From positions 32,001 through 96,000 of the IMG/VR virus record IMGVR_UViG_3300028797_000100: 64,000 bases of DNA, one strand, 5' to 3'. The translations under genes were made by a program, and so were the position numbers. The stretch comes from a virus. Taxonomy: Duplodnaviria; Caudoviricetes. Position 1 is the stretch's first letter, and each line of letters opens with the position of its first letter. The notes under the pieces are model-generated. The model saw only the letters and a program-made list of their open reading frames with translations. It had not been told where the DNA came from and made no database searches. Of this stretch, positions 22,340 to 33,700 are shown one piece after another.

Positions 22340-23620
22340 TTATTGTATTTTAAGCACTTGCTTAATTATGTATATTATGATTGGTGACCATAAGAATATT
22401 TCTTCTCTATTAGCGTTATCAAATAACTGGTCACCAATGTAGAGAGAAAGTTTATCGATACTTGTAAGATATCCATGAATGTAATCGTGTATAATGGAGA
22501 CATAATCATATCTTTGACATTTATAATGCCGAGGACATGTTGTCTTCTTATTACAACATTTACAATCAGCTACTTTACAAGCACGAGTGTCGACATCTTC
22601 ATCGAGTAACATCATGAGCTCATCGGGGAATAACTTCATACAGTAATCCGATTCACACCATGCATCAACAGGCAAGATGACATCTACGTCTGTACCATAC
22701 ATGGCAAATGAAGAATCAGGATAATCCCAGCCTTTCAATGATCTGAACTTAAATGTTTCTAAGTATCTTAGAGGAGCATCTCGTTCAATCCATTTATAGA
22801 CAGATTTCTGATAGAACATATCCAGACGAGGATCGTTGATCTTATTCTCATTAAGAACGACATTACCATTCTTGCGATCATTAATCATCAAACCATGTTT
22901 AGCCATGAACATGTTTCCACATGGATCGAATAATGATCTACCGTTAAGATGTAATATGAAACAATTGTGGGTATGGTCATAGAAACGAGCCACATAGTTC
23001 TCAACCATATCATCGACCATCTGTATCAGACGAGAACGATGTTCATATGATTCCTTACCTATGACTGGAGTTAAATCAGTACCACCAACTGTTCTGAAGT
23101 CTATTACATACTCCTCGACAGTCTGACGTTCCAATTGTTCTATGTCATTAGGATTGGTTGAGAATAATTCATAATTGATTCTATAAGATCCATCTGTGTT
23201 GAAGCTATCCTGAGTTACTTGAGTAATACGAAGTAAATGATTCATCTTTAAATGTGTGACAATAAAGAAGTCATTCTCTTTAGGCATCACTGTTCCAGGT
23301 ATAACAAATGCTTCACCAGAAGTAGACAAGTCTCTAGCATTGGATGTAGATGCCTGTTTCTCTTCTGTCTGTAATGGAGACATTCCTAACAGAGGAAACT
23401 TATTGATCTTATTATATCTCAAAGGAGAATCTGGACCAAGTATCTGATAATGTGTATTCAATCCTAATGAATCAGTAGTGTTCTGGTCATTGATATTGAA
23501 GTATGTTACCATGATTCTACCATCACCAGTATACTTGTTGATTCTAGAATGTAAGAATTCATCATACTTATAGACACTCTGATCTATTAAGGATTGTTCA
23601 TCATATACTAATCCTGCCAT
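22340..23620 (-). CDS. Putative conserved jumbo-phage virion structural protein
   Basis: Likely start ATG 23620 (MAGLVYDEQ), RBS GAGGTG. VTYFNIN...SPLRYNKINKFPLLG...GEAFVIPGTVMPKENDFF resembles phiKZ-group structural proteins (recognition only). Confidence 0.55.
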   Translation of the reverse strand: MAGLVYDEQSLIDQSVYKYDEFLHSRINKYTGDGRIMVTYFNINDQNTTDSLGLNTHYQILGPDSPLRYNKINKFPLLGMSPLQTEEKQASTSNARDLSTSGEAFVIPGTVMPKENDFFIVTHLKMNHLLRITQVTQDSFNTDGSYRINYELFSTNPNDIEQLERQTVEEYVIDFRTVGGTDLTPVIGKESYEHRSRLIQMVDDMVENYVARFYDHTHNCFILHLNGRSLFDPCGNMFMAKHGLMINDRKNGNVVLNENKINDPRLDMFYQKSVYKWIERDAPLRYLETFKFRSLKGWDYPDSSFAMYGTDVDVILPVDAWCESDYCMKLFPDELMMLLDEDVDTRACKVADCKCCNKKTTCPRHYKCQRYDYVSIIHDYIHGYLTSIDKLSLYIGDQLFDNANREEIFLWSPIIIYIIKQVLKIQ

Positions 23621-23676
23621 ATTTATATTCACCTCTACTTTCATATTATAAAATTAATGTATTATGCTTAAACACA

Positions 23677-23691
23677 CTTATGATTCGGTTT
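23677..23691 (-). promoter_or_regulatory. Putative late promoter AAAC-N7-TAAG
   Basis: AAACCGAATCATAAG heads the minus-strand structural operon. Confidence 0.6.
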
Positions 23692-23796
23692 CATATACTC
23701 ATTTCTATTTTTCTTATTTTTTGAAATATACATAATTAAAAAGATGGGGGAATATATAATATAGAATAAAAAGAAAAATAAAAGGAGTAAAAGGAA

Positions 23797-24099
23797 ATGG
23801 ATAAGGATATGAGATATGTAGTGTCAGTAGATCAGTTAGGAAAGAAACGTAAATATGTATATGCTTCTTCTTCACTGGACAAATGCAGAGACTACGTACA
23901 AAGAAAACACCGTGGTTGTAGACTTATGACCAGAAAGACAGATGCTGAGAATGATGTACATCTTGTGGAAAAGTATGTACAGATATTCAACAGGACATTG
24001 CATGAAAAGATAATAATCATCATAAGAATACGAATCTGTGTTCTTGATGAAGAAATTAAGGAGGTAAATGAAAATGACAGAGACAGAAGAGTTCCGTGA
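23797..24099 (+). CDS. Hypothetical protein
   Basis: 100-aa ORF with RBS. Confidence 0.65.
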   Translation: MDKDMRYVVSVDQLGKKRKYVYASSSLDKCRDYVQRKHRGCRLMTRKTDAENDVHLVEKYVQIFNRTLHEKIIIIIRIRICVLDEEIKEVNENDRDRRVP

Positions 24100-24775
24100 A
24101 CTATGGGAAAAGTATAGGAAGCTCGCTAGATTTGAACCAGCTAATATTCAGGCGGAGAAACGAATGAATATGTTCGTTAGATCATTAATGACTCCCAGAT
24201 GTGATAACAAATCATTGACGATGAGAGTCCTTCACAGTAGATTTATTAACACTGCTAGAAAGAAGTATGAAAATGATCGTAAGTCTAATCTGTGGACTGT
24301 GATACACTACCACACATTCAATCTGATAGACTTCATATTCAAGTATTACTACGTGTTCAGTTCATTACCAATACTCTGGGCCAACTCGATGTTTGGTGAT
24401 TCTACACCAGATACTATTATTAAACTGCATGAATATCTTAAAAGCAAGGGATATTACAAACCCAATTATCTTGAGGATTTATATCGTAAAGAATCAAGGG
24501 AAGAAAGTCTATTAAAGTATATCTTAAAGCTTGATAGAATGATTCTGGATTCAGGTAAGAGTGATATGGAATTAATGAAGCTCGGTAGTGTTACCAAAAA
24601 TAATATGATATATACATATGATCATTTCGGAAACTTAGATGAACCCAAATATGCTATATTGCCTACCAAGAAGATAACTCGAGAGAAAGATCTATCTGAA
24701 CTTGAGAAGTTCGCCGGTATGAGCTTTACAGGTATATATGGAGATCATAAGGGAGGTAATACAAATGAGATCTAA
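24068..24775 (+). CDS. Hypothetical protein
   Basis: 235-aa ORF, RBS AAGGAGGT. Confidence 0.75.
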   Translation: MKMTETEEFRELWEKYRKLARFEPANIQAEKRMNMFVRSLMTPRCDNKSLTMRVLHSRFINTARKKYENDRKSNLWTVIHYHTFNLIDFIFKYYYVFSSLPILWANSMFGDSTPDTIIKLHEYLKSKGYYKPNYLEDLYRKESREESLLKYILKLDRMILDSGKSDMELMKLGSVTKNNMIYTYDHFGNLDEPKYAILPTKKITREKDLSELEKFAGMSFTGIYGDHKGGNTNEI

Positions 24776-24971
24776 CAGAAAAGACACAGGTAAGTACACC
24801 ATAGGACCATGTGGGGAGATTTATAATAATCGACCTGCACTTTCAGAACGTTCTAAACAGCTGCTACAAATGCTGATGATTAAGGACGTTTTGGAAGAAG
24901 CATTCAAGGGGGACGATGAGGATGGTAATAAGGGAACTACCGACGACGGAGATCAAAGCGTTTGTGATTAA
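24765..24971 (+). CDS. Hypothetical protein
   Basis: Likely start ATG 24765 (MRSNRKD) after GGGAGGT; track ORF is 24738..24971. Confidence 0.55.
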   Translation: MRSNRKDTGKYTIGPCGEIYNNRPALSERSKQLLQMLMIKDVLEEAFKGDDEDGNKGTTDDGDQSVCD

Positions 24972-25269
24972 ATATGATTATGAAGATTGCACCGGTTTCG
25001 GTGCAATCATCGTATTCGCTACGTCACATGACGAAGCTGTCGTAGAATTTAAAAAGTATATGTTCGAAAAGAAAGACTCGGAATGGTATGATCGAACATA
25101 TCGAGACAACAAGTTTAGATGTGTATCCAAGAACATATTTGGGTGGCATCAGTATTTCAATGATCATGCGAATGTGTGTATTAAATGTAGAGAAATAAAT
25201 ATGCAATACGGCAATACTATTCCTATACAAGAATATTTTGAAGATGCTCGTATTGATAATCGTTTTTAA
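24916..25269 (+). CDS. Hypothetical protein
   Basis: 117-aa ORF in the same plus-strand operon. Confidence 0.65.
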   Translation: MRMVIRELPTTEIKAFVIKYDYEDCTGFGAIIVFATSHDEAVVEFKKYMFEKKDSEWYDRTYRDNKFRCVSKNIFGWHQYFNDHANVCIKCREINMQYGNTIPIQEYFEDARIDNRF

Positions 25270-25314
25270 GATACATATATGATTATTATGAAATAATACA
25301 AAGGAGGAGTTATC

Positions 25315-26574
25315 ATGCCAGATAACAACGAGAAGAAAAAGAAATATCAATATTCATTCCCAGTAGATGAACTTGATAGAATTCTTGAACAGATGCAGAA
25401 TGGTATTCAGGTAATGATATCTGATGAAATGCAGATAGAACTGGATATGAGATATCGTGAAAAGTTCGAGGAACTCACCGGTGAGGAACTAGCAGATGAC
25501 GAAGACGAAAACTCTAATATGAATAAGCTCAAGTATCAGAAGATGATGAAAGAGAAGATAGCAAAGGATCGTAAGAAAGCAAGTACGAACGATGTTATAT
25601 TCTTAAACATATCTGATGAACAGAAAGCAAAGATCAGAGAGCAAATGAGTGAATCTATCGTTAGACCTAATCCGAATGATCCATATAATACAACTGATGA
25701 AGCACTCTTCAGAGATTCTGCAAATAAAGAGATAATGGAGAAGCTGAAGGGTATCAAGAATTGTTATTATAACCAGAGGGATTATATAAATGCAATTAAG
25801 ATCATACATGAAGCCATAGAGTTCTCTTTAGGTAAGACTGGACATGGTGATTATCCATGGCTATCTTATGAAGAAGCAGTTAAGGAATATAACGCAGGTA
25901 AGATAAGATTTACATGGTGTGAGATTCCAAAGTTGATCGTTAATAGAGTATCTCCTATTACCGATCCTGAGATCCTCAAAGGTGTCCTGACAGGAGATGT
26001 TGTCATACTCAATAGATCCGAAGATGAAGATGCTGTTAAGAAGATGAATAAGAAGAAGATGAGTAATTATACACCGATCAATGTTGATTATGATATCACT
26101 GGATCTACTGAATATAGCCAGATGCAAGCAGCTCATAAAGCAGGTTATGATACACCATGGTCAACTGGTATCAGATATAGGAATACATCTTATGATCCAT
26201 CTGCATTACCATATTCATCTATATTCACTACAAACAAACTCAAGAAGAGCAATGTTCCTGATCTGTTTGATTGGGAGAAAGATGGTGCAGGTCTTGAATA
26301 TTATAATCTCTTATGTGGTAAGAAGCCTACTACTAATGATATTGCAGCTGTACTCAATTCGGACAATGGTGGTCAGATCAATCCTATCATAACTAAGAAT
26401 ATGAATGAATTCCTGTATTCAATGAAGCATGTAAATGATAACTCTGATGGTTATAATTATAACATACCAAACTTTGTTCAGCCAACAGATAATCCTAATA
26501 ACTTCAATGCTGACGCAGCAGCTATCGAGAGACAGTTATTAGATTCTATAACGCTGAATAATCCTTTGAGATGA
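25315..26574 (+). CDS. Hypothetical protein (419 aa)
   Basis: Long ORF, RBS AAGGAGGAG; early-like motif TATATGATTA at 25276. Confidence 0.8.
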   Translation: MPDNNEKKKKYQYSFPVDELDRILEQMQNGIQVMISDEMQIELDMRYREKFEELTGEELADDEDENSNMNKLKYQKMMKEKIAKDRKKASTNDVIFLNISDEQKAKIREQMSESIVRPNPNDPYNTTDEALFRDSANKEIMEKLKGIKNCYYNQRDYINAIKIIHEAIEFSLGKTGHGDYPWLSYEEAVKEYNAGKIRFTWCEIPKLIVNRVSPITDPEILKGVLTGDVVILNRSEDEDAVKKMNKKKMSNYTPINVDYDITGSTEYSQMQAAHKAGYDTPWSTGIRYRNTSYDPSALPYSSIFTTNKLKKSNVPDLFDWEKDGAGLEYYNLLCGKKPTTNDIAAVLNSDNGGQINPIITKNMNEFLYSMKHVNDNSDGYNYNIPNFVQPTDNPNNFNADAAAIERQLLDSITLNNPLR

Positions 26575-26770
26575 GGTCACAATTTATTAATATTCCTGGA
26601 AGAGTCAGTTCCAGCGAGATATTCTGTGTTGTAAATCTCAAACCCGATATGCAACACAGTAGGGTCACAAGAATATTGTGTCTCCGTCCTTTCTTTTGTT
26701 CGAGGAATATCTCCCGATATTCCGATCTAAATTTCCATACGGGTACACACCCTTTCCTTTCCATTAATTT

Positions 26771-26806
26771 AGTGCGGGAGAAATCCCGCACTACTCTTTT
26801 TTTTTA
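26771..26806 (+). terminator. Intrinsic terminator
   Basis: AGTGCGGGA-GAAA-TCCCGCACT followed by a T run. Confidence 0.8.
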
Positions 26807-26982
26807 TATTTTTCAATTTACATAAGGATAATCTGCTAATGGTGTAGGGAAATATCCTTTAGCAAATTAGGGGTACGCCACAGTATCCCGAATTCCAACC
26901 TTTTCTTTATTATATATTTCTAATGGGGGACACGAAGTCCCCCTATAGAAAATATTATTTGTTTCTTTTTAACAGTAGCTTA

Positions 26983-27200
26983 ATATTCGAACACCATCTT
27001 CTGCGCATTATCATGTCTGATGCGCTTCTTGCTCATTGCTGGAACCTCCTTTCGGTGAAATGCAAATGGATACAACAACTCCTTATGAAATAAACTGTGT
27101 TCGAATATCATAGAATCTTATTTCCTCCAAGGATTAGATTCTTACCTTTCCTTTACCAATGATTTGTGGGGCGGTCGGGCCCCACAAATCTACGGTATTT
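26983..27200 (+). ncRNA. Candidate structured small RNA
   Basis: 12-bp inverted repeat ATATTCGAACAC (26983)/GTGTTCGAATAT (27097) enclosing CCTCCTTTC; AAC-N7-TAA motif at 26971; terminator-like hairpin at 27161-27190. Confidence 0.4.
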
Positions 27201-27255
27201 TTCTATGCTGCCCTGTTTTATATGCTGCATTCCTATTATTTTGATTTTCTACATA

Positions 27256-27266
27256 TATATTATTAC
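27256..27266 (+). promoter_or_regulatory. Putative early promoter TATATTATTAC
   Basis: Recurrent motif. Confidence 0.6.
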
Positions 27267-27418
27267 TGTGAATAAAGAAGAAGAAGTATGTGGGTAACCG
27301 TGTCAATAGATGCGGCGAAGCCTTCGGATTCTATATTCAAATAATACATCTATAATTTTACACCCATATCATGGGACCGAGCTCAGCGGTAGACCTGAGC
27401 AGAATAAGGAGAATTATT

Positions 27419-27751
27419 ATGTTATTTAAGAAGAAGAGAACATTCTGCCAGAAGGTTGGCCACACAACACGCAAGATCAACAACTTTTTCTATGACATCC
27501 AGGAGGACAGAATCAAGAGAGCAAAGAAGTTCCAGAAGAAGCACGAAGGATTAGTCGGAGGATTCATGATAGCTTGCATCGCAACACCAATCGCAGCAGC
27601 AGTAGTGGGCGCCATCGGCGAGAAGGTAGAGGCTAAGAAGATCGAGAAGAGACAGCAGGACACAGCAGACATGACTGAGAGAGCTGAGGAAATGGCTGAA
27701 GCCACTAAGGCAAGAAGAACACAGGTCGGCGATATCGTTATCGAAAACTAA
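27419..27751 (+). CDS. Basic single-TM membrane protein
   Basis: Likely start ATG 27419 (MLFKKK) after AAGGAG; TM segment LVGGFMIACIATPIAAAVVGAIG. Confidence 0.7.
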   Translation: MLFKKKRTFCQKVGHTTRKINNFFYDIQEDRIKRAKKFQKKHEGLVGGFMIACIATPIAAAVVGAIGEKVEAKKIEKRQQDTADMTERAEEMAEATKARRTQVGDIVIEN

Positions 27752-27761
27752 ATAAAATTGA

Positions 27762-27794
27762 GGGGGTGCATTAGCACCCCCAATATATTTTTTT
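27762..27794. terminator. Terminator between convergent genes
   Basis: GGGGGTGC-ATTA-GCACCCCC plus T run. Confidence 0.75.
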
Positions 27795-30700
27795 TTAAAT
27801 TATATGAATTGGATCCGTATTCGGATATGTAGAATGTAACCACATTCCATGATACGATTGATCGAGTAAGATGTATACGCTGGTAGACATAAACGGAATT
27901 ATCTTTTTTGTATTTGAGATATCATCGATAGCACCGTCTTCAGCTCTACTTACATACAGCGAGAAATATCTCTTGGATGGACCCGTAACATGAATAGCAT
28001 ACATTCCAGTTGTATCTATATCGAGACCATGCCAATGTTCTTCATCGATCTGTTTAACATGTATAACAAGACCGGCAGCTTTATTGGTTACATCAGATTC
28101 CATTCTATGTGTATTGAAGAACAATGGATCTGTTGCTGCTTCACGACGCCATATCTTATCATAAAGCTTTATGATATCAATGTTATCTATTTCAGCAATA
28201 CCCAATCCAGCCAACTTTGGATGGAATAATGATATTCCATTTATAGTAGGGATGTTGGTGAGTTTATTGAAGTCTGTGTTAGAAGTATCAAATGTCACTG
28301 TAGACAGTATGTCTTCTTCAAGATCATAGTTATTAGGATCATCTGTGATGTTACGATAATAATCATTTATTTTTTCATGATTATTTGCGTTAAATATGTA
28401 TGCTACCTGCTGTTTGTTGATGTTGGTGTTACTTAATACAGCCAATTTGAAATTGGAGTAAGTATTACCATTGATATCAATATATACATTTCCCTTATGC
28501 ATCAGATCATTATCCGAATCTACATCATCTACAAGTTCGATACACTCAAAGTTTTTGAGTGATTTCATATTGCGTAATTGAATTGATGTAGGTGACAGTA
28601 TGAGAAGATCTTTAGGATCTGTTACATATCTACCATTTACCCAGAATTCATAACGATCTCTAGAAAGTGGAGTAGGAAGATATCCTGTCATATCAATTAC
28701 ACCGTTCTGAGGTATCTTAGCCAACGAGTAACGACAAATACTGATGTATGTTGATTTAACAACTTTGACATCTTCATTCTGAGTCTGATCTATTACCAGA
28801 CGTCTATCATGTGCATTACGTTTAACATCGGATATTGGTAAACGTGTCTGATTCCTCGAGTCATAATAATACTCAAATGGATTATGTACATCAGAATTAT
28901 CTTCCATGATTGTGTCAGGTACATCCTTGGCATATTTGATTTCCAATGTAACATTAACATCTGTATTCTGTGGGGCATCATTCATTATAAGCATGAACTC
29001 TTCTGGGATCTCACGATACAAAGCGTAATCAGCAGGTACTGTTACCCAGTCGTCATAAATATCTTCACTGTCAATTGTAACAGTTACTACTACGACACCG
29101 CCGCATGAATCATACATGTCATCCTTGAATACAGTACATACGAATTGTCCTTCTGTGTAGTTAGGTAATGTCGAATCTGTTATTGTGATAACTTGTGCAG
29201 AATCAGAGTATGATGTTACACCTTCAAACATTATTGATGATATATTACCATCATACATTGAGAGATCATTGTTTGATATACAGATGAGCTTTACATGTTC
29301 ATTCTCGGTAAATGAATCGATTGGAGCAGTAATTCTTGTTGAGTATTGATGCTGATGGAATTGACGTTGTGTTGTCAGTCCGGTAAATGGAGATTTAACT
29401 TTGAATTTATTGATATCATGATATGTATGTGTAATGCCACCATATTCCACAGTAACATCACACAGCCTGAATACTGGAGCATCAGTATATTTACCAGAAC
29501 GACGAATACGTTTAATGGTTATTTCACCCGCATCAGTTGATGTGGTAGAATACTTTTCATAACCATCAAATTGTTTACGTATTCTGATATCATAGTAAGG
29601 ATCTGTATGAGCGTCTTCTTTATCCAATACAAGTAATGGTTTAAACTTAACCTCGCATGTATTTGTATTCATGAGAACGTCATCGAATACATCGGATTTA
29701 TCATATGCAAAGTAAACGAGTATCTTATTTGAATATGAGAATCCATTAGATGGAGTTATTGTGATACTTGTCATAACACGATCAGTTGTATAGTCATCAC
29801 ATTCATCGATCTTAACACCGTTTTCAACGTTGTATGAAACTGAATATGTTGATGGATCTATCCACAGTTTGTGCTCCCAGTCATATAGATATACTTCTAG
29901 ATCATCTGTATACAATAGATCACCAATCTTTGGAATGAATGTTGGTGAGAACTTATCTGCAGATCCATTGTCAATGTAGATTAATGCTGCATCATTCGAT
30001 ATAACGTTGAACCAAGTTGTTTTACCTTCTAACTGGTAAATCATTTGATTCATACGTTCAACGAGTTTCTTGTTAACATTCTTTCTGTCACGTACTTCTG
30101 CCATACGGATTATGAAACGTGTGTATTCATAACGATGTGTATTTGGATCCAGAGTTGGATCATTCTTAAGTCTGAAATCCATCTTTGATAACTCAATATC
30201 ATCATCACGCACTGCAGCCAAAGCTTGATCTCTGATTGATGTAAATGTCTCAACTTCTTTACGCCAAATCAAATGTTCGTTTGGTTCGAACTTGAGAACG
30301 GGATACTGTTCAGGAAGTGATTTGACATTGAAATTATGATTGATCATGTTCATCTGCAAAGTGTCTTGATCATTTGCAACGAATCCTTCACCAACATAAA
30401 TGAATCTGCTAGTCTTGGATTCTTCGTCGATGAATCTATTATCAATGTCTTCATTAAACATCCACTTCAAACGTGAATAAACATATGGGGCATCGGATGT
30501 TACTGTTAATGGATCACCAGGAAGTGTATAACAGTTGATATGATCAACATCCATTACTGTTGTATCCCAGATTGGTTCGTAATATGAATTCAATGAGGTG
30601 TCAGAATACTCATCGATGAAGTTTCTGATACTATCATCAATTACTTCACATTCTATAGGACCACTCAAGAGTGTTGATACTGTCGTTGAGTTTGTCACAT

Positions 30701-33700
30701 TCAACCATGTAGCGTTCCACTGATCTACTTCAGCTTCCATGAAACCTTTGTTCATAGAATGATCCACAGAAGTTACTATTGCAGGGAATACATACGAACC
30801 ATTCAATGCTTTGATATAGATAGTTTCTCCTTCAAAGTATTTACCATTAACTGATTCGGATGGATGTAAGATCTGACATGGCTTGAAGTACATGTGTGAA
30901 CATTCTTTGTGTCCATGATCAGCTATACTCATTCTATTGATTGTCTGGTTTTCGATAAATACTCTATCTACAGAACCAGGATTCCATGTTACAGGATTAA
31001 GAATATATTCCGACTCATGATCAAGTTGTGTATAATGATTACCCAACAACATTTCATAGTTCATCGGTGCGGGTAATTCATTCAATACCTTACCATCATT
31101 ATTAACTTCAAATGATTCATGATGATCTTCGAAGTCAAGAACTGTTGTTTCTGTGTTGATTATCTGATTGACCTCACCACCCTTGTCGGCAGTACTGCCA
31201 GCACGAATGAATGACATTGAACAATCGGAAATGGTTCCAATTGATGTACCTGCATCAGATAATACATACGCAGTCAATCCGGTAAGATCAGTTCCTCTGA
31301 AGAAGATATATTCGCAGATACTGGATAAACCTGATATGGTGTAATTGGTTCCATCATATGAAGTGTTAAGCTTAAAGAACAGATGATGATCTCCAGCAAT
31401 ACTTGGACCATATGGGGCAAGTGTATGTGGTGTACCATCAGGAATCTTTATAGCAAGTAAGAATGGCTTTGTATTGTAAGTTGTGGATGTCAAATTAGGA
31501 ACGTCGATTGTGTTATAAGTAAAGATATCAAATATGATATCGTTGTAGATCTTATCACAGAATCTTGAATATGGATTGATGTAAGAATTATAGAACGCTG
31601 TCGACAGGTTCTTTATACGTGAATCAAGTAAATCAAGTACAGGATCGACTGCTGTGATATAGTCTACGAGCTTCAAATATAAATCATGGAATACTTGATC
31701 GGAATATGTATTGTTCGGATTATATGCAGTGTGTTCATCAAGTGTATCGAGTATATGAAGATCTATACCATGTAACCACTTCTTGTACTGATATGGATTC
31801 ATTGGTGTATTAATCTTCTTGAGATGAATGTATAATCTACGAACACGTTCCTTAACGTCATTATCGAAGCCGAAGTTGTAGTATACGTATTTCAGAATAC
31901 CAAGGAGACTATCATCTCTAGCTGTGACAAATGATATGAATGACTTTGTAACCGTTTCATTTGGAAGATATATGATAGAAGCACACAGTTCCTTCAATGA
32001 GTTAAGCTCATTAACGAAAGCATTCTGTCTGATCATATTAATGATGTCTTCTGTTGTTAAACCATCAACTGTGATGTTTGCGATATTACCATTGTAATCC
32101 AAATCAAGAATCTTTTCCTTGATAATATTGATTGCTTCCGTGGCTCTATCGGCTATAGAAGACATGTTGTATGTCGTCTTGTAGTTTGTCTGGAGTTCTG
32201 ATATATAGTCATATATAGCATCCAGATATGTTGTAAGTAATCTACAGAATTCAACTGTATCTTTGTATGAAACAACTGATCCAGAGTACACTGTGATGTC
32301 ACTATACTGAACATAGTATTCGTCATGAATACCGTCTGCATCAATAAGAGGGAACTTTATATCGGGATCATATACATTTAATACGAAACGATATGGATCG
32401 TATAAATGCTGGATACCAGAGCCATTCATCAGTAATGGTAATCCATAATATGCAAGTGCACTACGTCCTGCTGGTAATGATGCATCTGTTGGGAATCTAG
32501 CAGGTGAGATTGAATACTGAGAATACGAGATTGGATAACGCACGTTACTCAATGCAGATGAGATGTCAATGTCAGCATATCTATTCGAGAACTTTCTTTT
32601 TGTAAGATCTCTATAGAAGTATGCTTGAAGTTTGTCTACATTGTTATTCAGCAATGACAGAGTATAGAACAAGAAGTTTATAGAAAAAGGTCCACGATCT
32701 GAATCTTCAGTATACTCAATTACATTGTCTGAAGTTTTATTTGAATCTTCATAGTTTATGTCAGAAGGATATACGGATATGATTGATTCACCATCAATCT
32801 TTCGCTTTAATATCTTTGACAATACATGAATGATAGTCTCATCACTGTAGTTTCTATAAAGCATCTTACTAATCTTAGCAAGTCTACTTTCGGCATCCCA
32901 ATAACGAATACAACCATTATACTTGCACATCTCATCATAGAACAAATCAAAGTCTACAACAGTGTCAAGATCGAAATGTTCAATGAATGGATCCGCAGGA
33001 TCTTCTGTATCAGTATATAATACGAAGAACTTGAATATCTCATTACCGGTTAAACCTTCATTGATATAGAATGTGTTTCCTATACCATGGAAATGTCTGA
33101 TTTTCGGATAATCAAATATCCATGAATTATATTCCTGAGAATATTTCAATGTGATGAAAGACTGTTCTGCAATAGGACGATTGAATCTTGAAGCATCTTC
33201 CTTCTCATAGAAGTTTGTTTGGATGTTGATTGCTCTGGAGAATGGTAAAAGTTTATCATCCAAGAATGGTTCACATATTTCGGTCACAGTAATCTCGAAG
33301 TTGTTACCATACAATTCATCGAATGTATGTGTTTGTATATCTTCGGCATGTGTGACGTCATAATAGAATCTGGATATATTGTCAGCGAGCTTATTGAACT
33401 TATTGATCTTTGCGGTCGGTACAAGTGATGTTATTATAGCACCACGATAGTAGTCCTGAGTCATCTTTGACATATCAACAAACATCTCATACAACTTTGG
33501 TCTGATGTTATTTAAGTAATCAACCATATCTGGTGTAGAACCCATAGTGAATCTACCAATATTATTCATCAATGGCTTATACTTCATCAGATTCTTATAC
33601 AATGACAAGCAAGCTGTAATTGTATCGAATGTGTAAGATGTATCTCTATCGATGGTAATAGGAGGAGTACATATTTCAAGGTCATTCGTTGATGATGCGG

